Assembly: GCA_044222185.1 (NCBI GenBank)
Contig: JBGANV010000001.1
Span: forward strand, 1,184,001 to 1,248,000
Source: Planctomycetota bacterium
Lineage (GTDB): Bacteria > Planctomycetota > GCA-002687715 > CAIWVZ01
Direction: 5' to 3'
Length of the DNA stretch: 64,000 nucleotides
Shown: positions 48,737-58,066 of the stretch, one piece after another
Layout of the letters: each line of letters starts with the position of its first letter
Numbering within the stretch: position 1 is the stretch's first letter
Program-made: the position numbers and the translations under genes
The notes under the pieces: model-generated
What the model was told of the DNA's origin: nothing
Databases searched by the model: none
Seen by the model: only the letters and a program-made list of their open reading frames with translations

Positions 48737-49914
48737 ATGGTCCGCCGTCGCCACATCCTCGTGACTCTCCTGCTGGGCGTTGGCGCATCGCTCGTATTCA
48801 TCGTTTCGCGCTCCAGCACATCCATGGACGTGCGGTTTCCCCCGCTCGAGGCACTCCGTACACCGTGGCCAACGGGCTACGGCGAGCTGTGCGAACCGCA
48901 CCACGTCACGCGCGTCGACGGGCGGCCATGGTCGTGGCCTGCGCCCGCGGCGTTCGACGCGGCACGCGACGCCGTTCGGAGCGCCGGCCCGATTCCCATG
49001 CTGACGGGCGTCATGGACGTGCCGACCGAGGAGCGCGACCCCCGTTGCCCGTCGCCGCCTCGTTCACGTGCGCGGCGCTCGCCACCGGCCCCACACGACC
49101 AATCGTTCGGATCGAAGCGATCCAGCTCGCAGCCGACGATCCCCGAGCGCAACCCATTCGCGACGACCTCGTCGGCAGGGCGGCGGCAACCGACGTCAAC
49201 GACCCGCACGGCGTCGTGTCATTCACGCTCCAATGGCGATGGCAGAGCACAGGGGGATCCGTCGTGGCGCGCGCGCTGCATGTCGAACCCGCGCCCCGCG
49301 GAGGTCTGACCCACGAGGTCGTCGCTCTCCGCGGATACGTCGATGCGATTCTCGCGGACAGTCCGGGCGATCCGGTGATCCCCGTGGGGCACTGCTCGAC
49401 GGACGATCGACCGGAGGAAGTCGCGAACGCGGAACTGAGGCGCGCATTCGACGAGGCCGCCACCGGCCGCTTCGTCCGCCTCCGGCTGCGTGTGCACGGA
49501 GGCCTGCCCAGAGTGGCCTATGGCACTCACAGGCCGCCCCCGATCGTTGCAGTGGGCCTCCCCGACACGCCGATCGCCATCGAAGCCTTCTACGCCGGGC
49601 TGTGCTGCGCTCGCGCTGGCGACGACTACGACGCGCCGCTCATCCCCGACGACCCGCTCGGTGTGCAGATCGTCGAGGCTGGACTCGCAGACGTGTTAGC
49701 GCCGTGGCTGCGCCGCATGGCGGAGGATCCGGCCGTCGACCCGTTCAACCGTCTCCGCATGGCGCGAATCCTGGCGTCCGTTCTCGGCCACGGTCGCGGC
49801 GAGCCGCGCCTGTCGATTCGATCGACATGGACGCGCGATTCCGCGCTCGTGCTGCAGCAGATCGAGACTCTCGATCTTTGCCAGGCCGCTCGGTGGTGGT
49901 TCGGGTTCCGCTGA
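48737..49914 (+). pseudogene. Hypothetical exported protein, apparently frameshifted near 49040
   Basis: Signal-like N-terminus (MVRRRHILVTLLLGVGASLVFIV) in one frame; protein-like sequence continues in the -1 frame from the C5 run at 49039-49043. Confidence 0.5.
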
Positions 49915-50110
49915 GCGGCCTCGGGTCCTCGCCGACGCCGATCGCGGCTGCGATGCTCGCGAACTCGAATCAACCCGAAGACCCGATCGCACCCTCGAAC
50001 CGACCTCGCCACCGACGACACGCGCGCCGACGTGTGCGAGAGCTGCGTGACGGGTCCACGCGACGAGTTCGCCCAGGAAAGCGGCTCGGCCTCGGTGTAA
50101 CTTCGCCGCC

Positions 50111-51169
50111 ATGACGTCACCCGAAGCCCCCGTCGCAGCCAAGCCTCCGCGCATCCGATCGGTCGACTGGCATCGCGGCCTCGTCGTGCTCGTCATGATC
50201 GAGTGCCACGCGCTCGTGTTCCTCGCCAGCGTCCACGACCAGGAACCCGCGCGCGCGTTCCTGAACAACATCAACGGGCTCGTGGCACCATCGTTCTTGT
50301 TTCTCGCGGGCTTTGCATTCGCGTACGTGTCATCGAACGTCGCCGGCGACCCGGTGGCTCGCCGTCGCCGCGCGATTGCCTCGCTCAAGCGAATCGGCCA
50401 GGTGCTCATCGGCGCCACGCTCATGCGGTGTGTGTCGTCGCCCGCGATCACGAATCCGGCACTGAGGTACTGGCTGCAGGTCGACATCCTCTCCTGCATC
50501 GCATACTCGCTCCTCCTGATCTGGGCGCTGTTCCGACTGATCGGCCAGCGGCCGAACCTGTGCGGCTGGATCTGCCTCGTCCTCGGGCTGGGAATCCTCG
50601 GCTGTGCGCCCCTCACGGAGGGCGTCCGCGACGCGGGAGCAATCACGTACTTCCTGAACGGGAGCACGGGGTCCATGTTCCCGGTGGCGCCGTGGGCGAG
50701 CCTGGTCTTCCTCGGCGGCGCTGCCGGCGTCGCCGCGCGTCATGGCGTGCGATGGCATCGGCTGGCATTCGCAGGGTTCGTCGCACTCTTCGGGACGATC
50801 GCGTTCTTCGGAACCGACGTCATGAGCCTGTACTCGTCGCCGCACTCATGGCTCGTCGCCAATGCTTCGGAGCGCATCTGGAAGCTCGCGGCCATCGGGC
50901 TCGTGCTGAGCTTCGTCGAAGGTGCGACGCATGCGACGCCGCGCTTCGCCGACTCGATCGTGGTGCGGTTCGTGACGTTCTTCGGCACCCACTCGCTCAG
51001 CGCGTATTGCGCCCACCTGCTGATGATCTACGGCGCCTGGGGTTTCCATCCGCTGAACCGGTTCCACGGAAGGCTGGAATGGGCGAGCTATGCGGGAACG
51101 GCGGCGGCAATCATCGCGGCGACGTACGTGGTCTGTCGCCTCCTCGATCGGGCTCCGACCGGGAAGTGA
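50111..51169 (+). CDS. DUF1624/HGSNAT-like membrane acyltransferase
   Basis: RIRSVDWHRG..VLVMI..H, AP.FLFLAG, DIL.CI, FPVAPW, G.HSL..Y..H; multiple TM helices. Confidence 0.8.
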   Translation: MTSPEAPVAAKPPRIRSVDWHRGLVVLVMIECHALVFLASVHDQEPARAFLNNINGLVAPSFLFLAGFAFAYVSSNVAGDPVARRRRAIASLKRIGQVLIGATLMRCVSSPAITNPALRYWLQVDILSCIAYSLLLIWALFRLIGQRPNLCGWICLVLGLGILGCAPLTEGVRDAGAITYFLNGSTGSMFPVAPWASLVFLGGAAGVAARHGVRWHRLAFAGFVALFGTIAFFGTDVMSLYSSPHSWLVANASERIWKLAAIGLVLSFVEGATHATPRFADSIVVRFVTFFGTHSLSAYCAHLLMIYGAWGFHPLNRFHGRLEWASYAGTAAAIIAATYVVCRLLDRAPTGK

Positions 51170-51237
51170 TCCCCGCTGGACTCGACTGGCGACGCCGTCG
51201 GGAACGGTTGCGACGGAAGCCGGACCATATCCGCCCA

Positions 51238-51270
51238 AGAAAAAAGGCCGCTCCCTGGGAGCGGCCTTCT
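51238..51270. terminator. Intrinsic terminator between convergent genes (U tract on minus strand)
   Basis: AAGGCCGCTCC-CTG-GGAGCGGCCTT with A run on the left and TTCT on the right. Confidence 0.85.
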
Positions 51271-51300
51271 CTCGAATCCAGGCGGCTGCGCCGCCCTGGA

Positions 51301-53454
51301 TCACTTGACGAGGTCGATGGTGACCTTCTCGCGCGCCATGCGGAGGATGTTCGCACGGGTCTGCGGAGCGATCGGGGCGATGCCTGCGGCCTGCGCCAGC
51401 ATCGTCATGAACTCGTTGGACCCGCCGGCGCGGACCGAATCCCAGAGCGCGTTCTTCGCGTCCTCGGTCACGGTTCCCGCCGCGCGGCCGATGCGCGCGA
51501 GCGCCACGCACGCCGCGCCACGGAGCGGCTCGGCCGCAGTCGTGTCACGGACGAGCTCGACGAGGCCCGCAACCGCCGCCGGATCACCGATGTTGCCGAG
51601 GGCGGCGATCGCCGGTCCACGGACGCGATCATCACCCTTCAGCGTCGACAGCAGGGCGCTCGTCGCGCCGGATGCAGCGAGGACTCCGCCGCGCGGGTCC
51701 ATCTTCGCGAGTGCCGAAGCGGCCGCCGCGGCCGTCAACGTCGCGGCTTCGCGACCGGCATCGAGGCTCGTCACGAGAGCGCGGAGAGCCGGCTCGTACG
51801 CATCGCCGACGGGCGGCGTGTTGATCCAGCCCTGCACCTTGCCTTCGTACTGCGCCTTGGCGGCTTCCGCATCGGCTGCATCGACGATCATGACGACGGG
51901 CGTCTTCTCGGTGCGCGGGTCGCGACGGATCGCCGCGAGCACTTCCGAGACGTGGGTGCCACCGCCCAGGTTGTACCGGACGACGACGATGTCCTCGATC
52001 GGGTACTCGCGCAGGCGCGCGACACCGACCGCACCGTTGTCCACACCCGCCGCGAAGTAGTGCTTCGCGTTCAGGTCCGCCGCAATGCGGTTCCGCGTGT
52101 CGGCGTTGTCGTCGATGACGAGGACGTTGCGCACGGCATCCTGGCCGAGGGCTTCGGCGAGCGCCGGAACGACCTGGTCGCTGCCCGGGAACGCGCTGCG
52201 CGGCCCGATGCCTGCAACCGCAAGGGCCGCCGCAAAGCGAACCGCCTTGTGCGGTGCCGCGAGCGCCATCGCCATGCCCGACGACTGGGGCAGGGTGTCG
52301 ACACTCAGGAGACCGCCGAGGAGCTTCACCGCAGCCGCAGCCACGTCGGAGCGGCCATCGGCCATGGCCTTGGCAATGACCTTGTCCAGGATCGCCGGGC
52401 CACCGACGTTTGCGATCATCCGAGCAGCACCTGTCGCGGCTGCCACCGGCGCCTCGTCTCCCTCGGCCTTGAGGTCGCGGCCGAACTCGGCCTCGGCCAG
52501 CAGCACCGACGTCAGGGCGACGACGCCGTCCTCGTTCGTCGGGTCGAGCGCGAGGAGGTCGTAGAGAGCCGTCTCGGCGAGCTTCAGGTGGTAGAGGTCG
52601 CGCGGGACTTCGCGGGCGACGAGGTTCGAGCTGTCGCCGTCCTTCACGAAGGCCCAGACCGGATACTGCGTCCGGTACGGATTCACGACGGCGGAGTCGC
52701 GCTTGTAGAAGCGGTCGGCGAGTTCGAGGAACTTGGCGGCGTAGCCGGAGTTCGACGCGCCGATCTTCCCGAGAGCCTCCGACGCGGCGGACTTCACGCT
52801 CGGCTCCGCATCGCGCTCGGCGGCTGCGGCGAGGTACGGAACGCCGCGGACGTCCTTCAGGAGTCCGAGCATCGTGGCCGCGTTCATGCGCGTGATCGTG
52901 TCGTCAGCCTTCAGCACCTGCGTGAGCGGAAGCGCGGCATCCGAACCGAGCTTGCGGATCCACAACATCGCGGTCACGCGACGCTCGGTCTCGCTCGCGC
53001 CGAGCTCGCGCCACAGCTGCGCCACCGCATAATCGCCGTGATTCGCGGCCAGGGTGACGAGCGCCTTCTCGCGCGCGGCGAAATCGCCGGTTCGCGCGTC
53101 GTCCAGGAGCTTCTTGATGGCCTCCTGGTCCGCGGTCTTCGCCATGGCGGCCGGGCGGGCGCGCTTGAAGAGGGCCTCGACCGCAGCCGCGATCTGGCCG
53201 TTCTGAACCTGGAGGCGCGCCCATTGGGCCGCATCCAGCGAGTTGCGAAGCGTGTAGGCGTCCTCGGCTGACGGGTCTTTTGCAAGAACCTCGTTGAGCT
53301 TCGTGAGCGCTTCGTCGTTGTGGCCGCGCTCCATGGCCGAGTAGGCCTGCTTCAGTGCCTCCGCCGGGTCCTGCGCGACCAACGCGCTGGGCGCAACAAC
53401 GAAGAGGACCAGCGCAAAAACGGTGGTCGTCGAAAGCGATCCCCGCTGAGTCAT
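51301..53454 (-). CDS. Secreted HEAT-repeat protein with embedded receiver-like domain
   Basis: Signal peptide ending ALVA-QDP; HEAT repeats; NVLVIDDN..DIVVVRY..DPRTEKTPVVMI segment; start ATG 53454. Confidence 0.82.
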   Translation of the reverse strand: MTQRGSLSTTTVFALVLFVVAPSALVAQDPAEALKQAYSAMERGHNDEALTKLNEVLAKDPSAEDAYTLRNSLDAAQWARLQVQNGQIAAAVEALFKRARPAAMAKTADQEAIKKLLDDARTGDFAAREKALVTLAANHGDYAVAQLWRELGASETERRVTAMLWIRKLGSDAALPLTQVLKADDTITRMNAATMLGLLKDVRGVPYLAAAAERDAEPSVKSAASEALGKIGASNSGYAAKFLELADRFYKRDSAVVNPYRTQYPVWAFVKDGDSSNLVAREVPRDLYHLKLAETALYDLLALDPTNEDGVVALTSVLLAEAEFGRDLKAEGDEAPVAAATGAARMIANVGGPAILDKVIAKAMADGRSDVAAAAVKLLGGLLSVDTLPQSSGMAMALAAPHKAVRFAAALAVAGIGPRSAFPGSDQVVPALAEALGQDAVRNVLVIDDNADTRNRIAADLNAKHYFAAGVDNGAVGVARLREYPIEDIVVVRYNLGGGTHVSEVLAAIRRDPRTEKTPVVMIVDAADAEAAKAQYEGKVQGWINTPPVGDAYEPALRALVTSLDAGREAATLTAAAAASALAKMDPRGGVLAASGATSALLSTLKGDDRVRGPAIAALGNIGDPAAVAGLVELVRDTTAAEPLRGAACVALARIGRAAGTVTEDAKNALWDSVRAGGSNEFMTMLAQAAGIAPIAPQTRANILRMAREKVTIDLVK

Positions 53455-53579
53455 CGACAGTTTCTCCAGTTCCAAGATGCCGATTCCGATCTTTTTTCCC
53501 GCATGTCGCCCGCGCTCCCGGCTCCGATCACGAAGCCGGTTCTCCGTTGACGGGCGCAGACATCTCACGATGGGGCGAC

Positions 53580-53607
53580 ATTTTAGGACCGCGCAACAAA
53601 GAGTCAA
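53580..53607 (-). promoter_or_regulatory. Putative sigma70 promoter of the HEAT/receiver gene
   Basis: Minus strand TTGACT-N16-TAAAAT in an AT-richer intergenic stretch. Confidence 0.6.
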
Positions 53608-53635
53608 CGTGAAGACGCCGGTCAGGTTGGTCCGA

Positions 53636-54787
53636 TCAGCCCCCCGCGAGCTTCCCGAGCGACACGGGTCGCGTCGCTCCGGTGATCCGCGGCAGGTTCG
53701 ATGGACCGCAAAACAGGCGTTCGTTCCCGAGGACGGCGAACAGTAGCGCCTCCTTGGCGTCCGGGTCGATCCCCACCTCCGAAAGACTGCGAACCGGCGC
53801 GGGGGCCAGGGCCTCGCGGATCCCGTTCATCAGCGCCGCGTTGTGGACTCCGCCTCCGCTGGCAATCACCTGGCGGACCGAGTCGGCGCCGCCGGCGACC
53901 CATCCCAGGGCCCGCCGGATGCTCTCCCCCACGAGCCGTGTGTGTGATGCGAGCAGGTCGCGCCAGGAGATGGAGGGGAACCGCGCACGGATCGAGCGCA
54001 CGTAATCGCCGCCGAACGCCTCGCGGCCGGTCGTTTTCGGGGGCGACGCAAGGAAGTACGGGTGCCCGAGCAGGGCGTCCAGGACGGGTCCGTCGGCAGT
54101 ACCCGCCAGGGCCAGCCGTCCACCGGTGTCCTCCCGCTGGCGCCCCTCTGACGCCTCGGCCGCCAGAAGGTCCAGGGTGACGTTGCACGGCCCCACGTCG
54201 AACGCCGCGACCCCGTCGAGGCCTCCGGGGCACCAGGTCAGCGACGTGATGCCGCCGAGGTTGAGTGTCACCGTTCCGGGAGCATCGCCGAACAAGACGG
54301 CATCCAGGTACGGCATCAAGGGGGCCCCGGCGCCGCCGTGGGCGACGTCGGCAGCTCTGAAATCCCCGATGACAAGGCAGCCTGTCTCCGCCGCGATGAC
54401 GTCCAGGTCGGCAATCTGGAGGGTGGTGGTCGCCACCCCATCCGGCAAATGGCAGATCGTCTGTCCATGACTCGCCACCAGGTCGACGTCTCGGAGACCC
54501 ACGTGAGCCAGGCGCGCGACCTCGCCGGCGGCCGCCGCGAACCGCCGTCCGAGCTCGCGATTCCAACGGCAAACGTCCACGCACCCGACGTCAGGAGCCC
54601 GCAGCAGTGCGTCGCGCAGCTCTCGCTCGAACGGGACCATGGTGAACGCAAGAATCTCGTGGCGGATCCCCAGCCCGTGGCCGCGCACGCGAACGAGAAT
54701 CGCATCCACGCCGTCCATCGACGTTCCGCTGTTGAGCCCGACGATGAGCCGTGATTCCTTGTCCCTCGCACGCTGCCAGCGCTCCAT
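53636..54787 (-). CDS. anmK: Anhydro-N-acetylmuramic acid kinase
   Basis: GLNSGTSMDGVD, ASHGQT, DFRAAD.A.GG.GAPL, LNLGGI, FDVGP.N, PPKTTGRE.F, KEA..FA. Confidence 0.95.
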   Translation of the reverse strand: MERWQRARDKESRLIVGLNSGTSMDGVDAILVRVRGHGLGIRHEILAFTMVPFERELRDALLRAPDVGCVDVCRWNRELGRRFAAAAGEVARLAHVGLRDVDLVASHGQTICHLPDGVATTTLQIADLDVIAAETGCLVIGDFRAADVAHGGAGAPLMPYLDAVLFGDAPGTVTLNLGGITSLTWCPGGLDGVAAFDVGPCNVTLDLLAAEASEGRQREDTGGRLALAGTADGPVLDALLGHPYFLASPPKTTGREAFGGDYVRSIRARFPSISWRDLLASHTRLVGESIRRALGWVAGGADSVRQVIASGGGVHNAALMNGIREALAPAPVRSLSEVGIDPDAKEALLFAVLGNERLFCGPSNLPRITGATRPVSLGKLAGG

Positions 54788-54870
54788 GGGTCCTCCGCCC
54801 CGACCTCGCGTCCGCGTCGGGGCCGGTATTGTAGAAGCGCCGGCGGCTCACACCGCCACGGAGAAAGTTC

Positions 54871-56226
54871 GTGTCAAAAGTCCTGATCGTCGATGACGAG
54901 AAGCCGATCCGCGACGCGGTGCGGATGATCCTGAAGTACGAGTCCATGGAGTGCGTCGATGCGGGTGACGCCCGATCGGCGCTGAAGCTCGTGGACGAGG
55001 ACCAGGAGATCGGAGTCGTTCTCTGCGACGTGAAGATGCCCGGCATGGACGGGCTCGAGTGCCTGGAAGCGATCAAGTCACGCCGGCCGGGGCTTCCGGT
55101 CATCATGGTTTCAGGACACGGCACCGTCGAAACGGCCGTCGAGGCCACGCGGAAGGGTGCCTTCGACTTCATCGAGAAGCCGCTCTCGCGCGATCGCCTG
55201 CTACTGACGCTGCGCAACGCCGCCGGAACCGAGAGCCTGCGGCGCGCGAACGAAACGCTTCGCGAGGAGCTGGCCGCCAGATTCAAGATCCTGGGCTCCT
55301 CCCCGCCGATCGTCGCCCTGCGCGAGACCATCAAGCGCGTGGCGCCGTCCGACGCCCGAGTCCTCATCACCGGTGAGCACGGGACCGGCAAGGAACTCGT
55401 CGCGCGCAACCTCCACCTGCTCTCGGCCCGCCACAACGAGCCGTTCGTCGACGTCAACTGCGCGGCGATTCCGAAGGAGCTCATCGAAAGCGAGTTGTTC
55501 GGCCACGAGAAGGGCGCGTTCACCGGCGCCGACAAGCAGAAGATCGGCACGTTCGAGCAAGCGAACGGTGGGACCATGTTCCTCGACGAGATCGGAGACA
55601 TGGACCTGGCGGCACAGGCAAAACTTCTGCGCGTGCTCGAGGAGAGCAAGGTTCAGCGCGTGGGCGGCGGCGCCCCGATCCCCGTCAACGTGCGACTCAT
55701 CGCCGCGACGAACAAGGATCTGGAGAAGGAAGCGAGCGAGAACACCTTCCGGGAAGACCTCTTCTACCGGCTGAACGTGATTCCCATAAAAGTCCCGCCC
55801 CTGCGGGAGCGGACCGAGGACATTCCTGAGATCTTCCAGCGGTACTTCGGGGACTACTGCCGCCGGTACCAGCGCGCGGGTCTCAAGCTCGAACCCGGGG
55901 TCATCGAAGAGCTGAAGCGCCTCCCCTGGCCCGGAAACGTCCGGGAGTTGCGCAATTTCGCCGAGCGGCTCGCGCTGCTGGGACCGGACCCGGCCATCAC
56001 GGTCGACACCGTCCGCCAGCTGGCCACGGTCAGAACGGCGTCCGACACCGACGTCTTCGCACTCGACAACTTCGAGGCCTTCAAGAACGCAGCCGAACAC
56101 GCCTACCTCGCGCGCAAGCTTCAGGAAAACGGCTGGAACATCAAACAGACGGCCGAGCGGCTCGGCATGCAGCGCAGCAACCTCTACAAGAAGATCGAGC
56201 GATACGACCTTCGTGGACCCGAGTGA
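54871..56226 (+). CDS. Sigma54-dependent response regulator (NtrC/NtrX family)
   Basis: Receiver (IVDDE, CDVKMP, EKP), GEHGTGKE, ESELFGHEKGAFTGA, FLDEIGDM, WPGNVREL.N, Fis-type HTH. Confidence 0.95.
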   Translation: MSKVLIVDDEKPIRDAVRMILKYESMECVDAGDARSALKLVDEDQEIGVVLCDVKMPGMDGLECLEAIKSRRPGLPVIMVSGHGTVETAVEATRKGAFDFIEKPLSRDRLLLTLRNAAGTESLRRANETLREELAARFKILGSSPPIVALRETIKRVAPSDARVLITGEHGTGKELVARNLHLLSARHNEPFVDVNCAAIPKELIESELFGHEKGAFTGADKQKIGTFEQANGGTMFLDEIGDMDLAAQAKLLRVLEESKVQRVGGGAPIPVNVRLIAATNKDLEKEASENTFREDLFYRLNVIPIKVPPLRERTEDIPEIFQRYFGDYCRRYQRAGLKLEPGVIEELKRLPWPGNVRELRNFAERLALLGPDPAITVDTVRQLATVRTASDTDVFALDNFEAFKNAAEHAYLARKLQENGWNIKQTAERLGMQRSNLYKKIERYDLRGPE

Positions 56227-56292
56227 GGTCGGACCACGTACGAAGCGTTGCCAAAAAACTCCGTGACGCCTTGTCGCCGGCCGGGGGCGGGC

Positions 56293-56301
56293 TGATATAC
56301 T
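56293..56301 (+). promoter_or_regulatory. Extended -10 promoter element for the barrel/TPR/ExbBD operon
   Basis: TGaTATACT about 60 nt upstream of ATG 56364. Confidence 0.45.
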
Positions 56302-56363
56302 GCCGCCCGCGATCCTCACCCCGCCAGGTGATCGCATTTCTTGGTCGGCCCCTGGAGTCTTAG

Positions 56364-58001
56364 ATGAACGAAGGCCACGAGCAGGCCCCCGTCCAGCATT
56401 CGCTTTCGGAGATCCTGCAAGACCACACGACCTTCGAGGACCGTGTTCAAAACATGGCACGAGGCGCACCGGTCCTGGTGATCGCCATCATCGTGCACGT
56501 CATCCTTGGCCTCGTACTCGGCATGGTCTACTTCCACGAGAAGGAGAAGGCCGCCGAAGCCGAGCACATGGACGTCGGTCAGGCGAACGCGATCGATACG
56601 ACCAAGATCGAGGAAAAGGCTGACGCGCCGAAGGAGATCGAGCGCACGGCCATCCCACAGGTCGACGAGAACGCGGTCACGGACGTCACGAACGATGACA
56701 GCTTCAACACTGTCACCGACGACACCGTGAACCCGTACGCACAGAACAACGAGCGCTTCGGCGTGTCCGAAGGCGTCGACGACGCGCCGGACAACCTGCT
56801 CACCATGAGCAGCGGCGGCAAGGGCCTCGCTGGCGCCATCGGCGTTGGCAACAGCGGCTCGGGCGCCGGTGGTGGTGCTCGCAAGGGCAGCCCGTTCGGT
56901 GGATCGCGTGTCAGCCGGCGCAACGCACAGTCGGCCCAGCTCCAGCAGACCGAGAAGGTCGTCATGGCCGGTCTCGAGTGGCTGAAGCGGCACCAGAGCC
57001 CGGACGGAAGCTGGGACTGCGACAACTTCGCCTCGAACTGCGACTCGAAGCTCGGGCCAGCGTGCTCGGGTCGCGGTCAGGCAACTTTCGACGCCGGTGT
57101 GTCCGGCCTCGCGCTCCTCGCCTTCCTCGGTGCCGGCTACGACAGCCAGCGGCCGGGCCCGTACCTCGAGACCGTGAAGAACGGGCTCAAGTACCTGAAG
57201 GGCATCCAGGACGCCCAGGGCTGCTTCGGCTCCCAGGGCGACTCGCGATTCACGTACGCGCATGCCTGCGCCACGCTGGCGATGTGCGAAGCGTACGCGT
57301 CGAGCAAGCAAGTTCCCTGGAAGCGCTCGGCGCAGAGCGGCGTCGACTTCATCAACCAGTGCCAGAACCCATACAAGGCGTGGCGCTACGGCATCAAGCC
57401 GGGCGACAACGACTCGTCGGTGACGGGCTGGATGCTCATGGCCCTGAAGTCGGCGAAGGATGCCGGCCTCCAGGTCAACGAGCGCACGATGAAGGACGGC
57501 CTCGCGTTCGTCGACTCGATGACGGACGAGGACACAGGGCGAACCGGGTACACGAAGAAGGGCGAGCCGCCCGTGCGTCCGGAAGGCGCGCAGGCCAAGT
57601 GGCCGGCTTCGGAGTCCGAAGCGCTGACCGCAGTGGCCATGTGCTCGCGCATCTTCACCGGGGCCGCCGACGGCAACCCGATGATGAAAGCTGGAGCCGA
57701 CCTGTTGTCGAAGCACCTGCCGGTCTGGAACGAAGCCAGCGGGTCGATCGACATGTACTACTGGTACTACGGCACGCTCGCCATGTTCCAGATGGGTGGC
57801 AACGACTGGGAGCGCTGGAACAAGGCGCTCAAGACCGTCGTCATCGACAACCAGGTCAAGGATGGCTGCACGAAGGGAAGCTGGGAACCGAAGGACCCGT
57901 GGTGCGATGAAGGCGGTCGAATCTACGCGACGGCCCTCATGACGCTCTGCCTCGAGGTCTACTACCGCTACCCCAAGGTGTTCGGCGCCACGAAGAAGTG
58001 A
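56364..58001 (+). CDS. Membrane-anchored prenyltransferase/squalene-oxidase-repeat (alpha/alpha barrel) protein with TonB-like N-terminus
   Basis: TM helix IAIIVHVILGLVLG, acidic/Gly-rich linker, repeats WLKRHQSPDGSW, YLKGIQ..QGCF, YYWYYGTLA.FQ, YATA...L.LEVYYRY. Confidence 0.88.
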   Translation: MNEGHEQAPVQHSLSEILQDHTTFEDRVQNMARGAPVLVIAIIVHVILGLVLGMVYFHEKEKAAEAEHMDVGQANAIDTTKIEEKADAPKEIERTAIPQVDENAVTDVTNDDSFNTVTDDTVNPYAQNNERFGVSEGVDDAPDNLLTMSSGGKGLAGAIGVGNSGSGAGGGARKGSPFGGSRVSRRNAQSAQLQQTEKVVMAGLEWLKRHQSPDGSWDCDNFASNCDSKLGPACSGRGQATFDAGVSGLALLAFLGAGYDSQRPGPYLETVKNGLKYLKGIQDAQGCFGSQGDSRFTYAHACATLAMCEAYASSKQVPWKRSAQSGVDFINQCQNPYKAWRYGIKPGDNDSSVTGWMLMALKSAKDAGLQVNERTMKDGLAFVDSMTDEDTGRTGYTKKGEPPVRPEGAQAKWPASESEALTAVAMCSRIFTGAADGNPMMKAGADLLSKHLPVWNEASGSIDMYYWYYGTLAMFQMGGNDWERWNKALKTVVIDNQVKDGCTKGSWEPKDPWCDEGGRIYATALMTLCLEVYYRYPKVFGATKK

Positions 58002-58066
58002 GCGCGGCTGTCGGTTCTCGCCCTGCCAGGAACTAATCACCCCCACGGCGCTTCGTGGGGTAAGGG

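Noticed and set aside
45643-50110. Integrative element or prophage at tRNA-Thr
   Set aside because: No integrase or transposase and no duplicated tRNA 3' end found by eye; only the two disrupted genes are reported
50203-53271. 1022-aa plus-strand ORF and other long antisense ORFs (e.g. 9677..11689, 32628..34958, 59807..62128)
   Set aside because: Shadow ORFs of high-GC coding strands; Arg-rich, no motifs, overlapping well-supported genes
56227-56363. Sigma54 promoter driven by the adjacent NtrC-type activator
   Set aside because: TTGC is present but without the -24 GG at the right spacing; an extended -10 fits better
56364-58001. Squalene-hopene cyclase
   Set aside because: Only one barrel, no DxDD motif, and an N-terminal membrane anchor with linker
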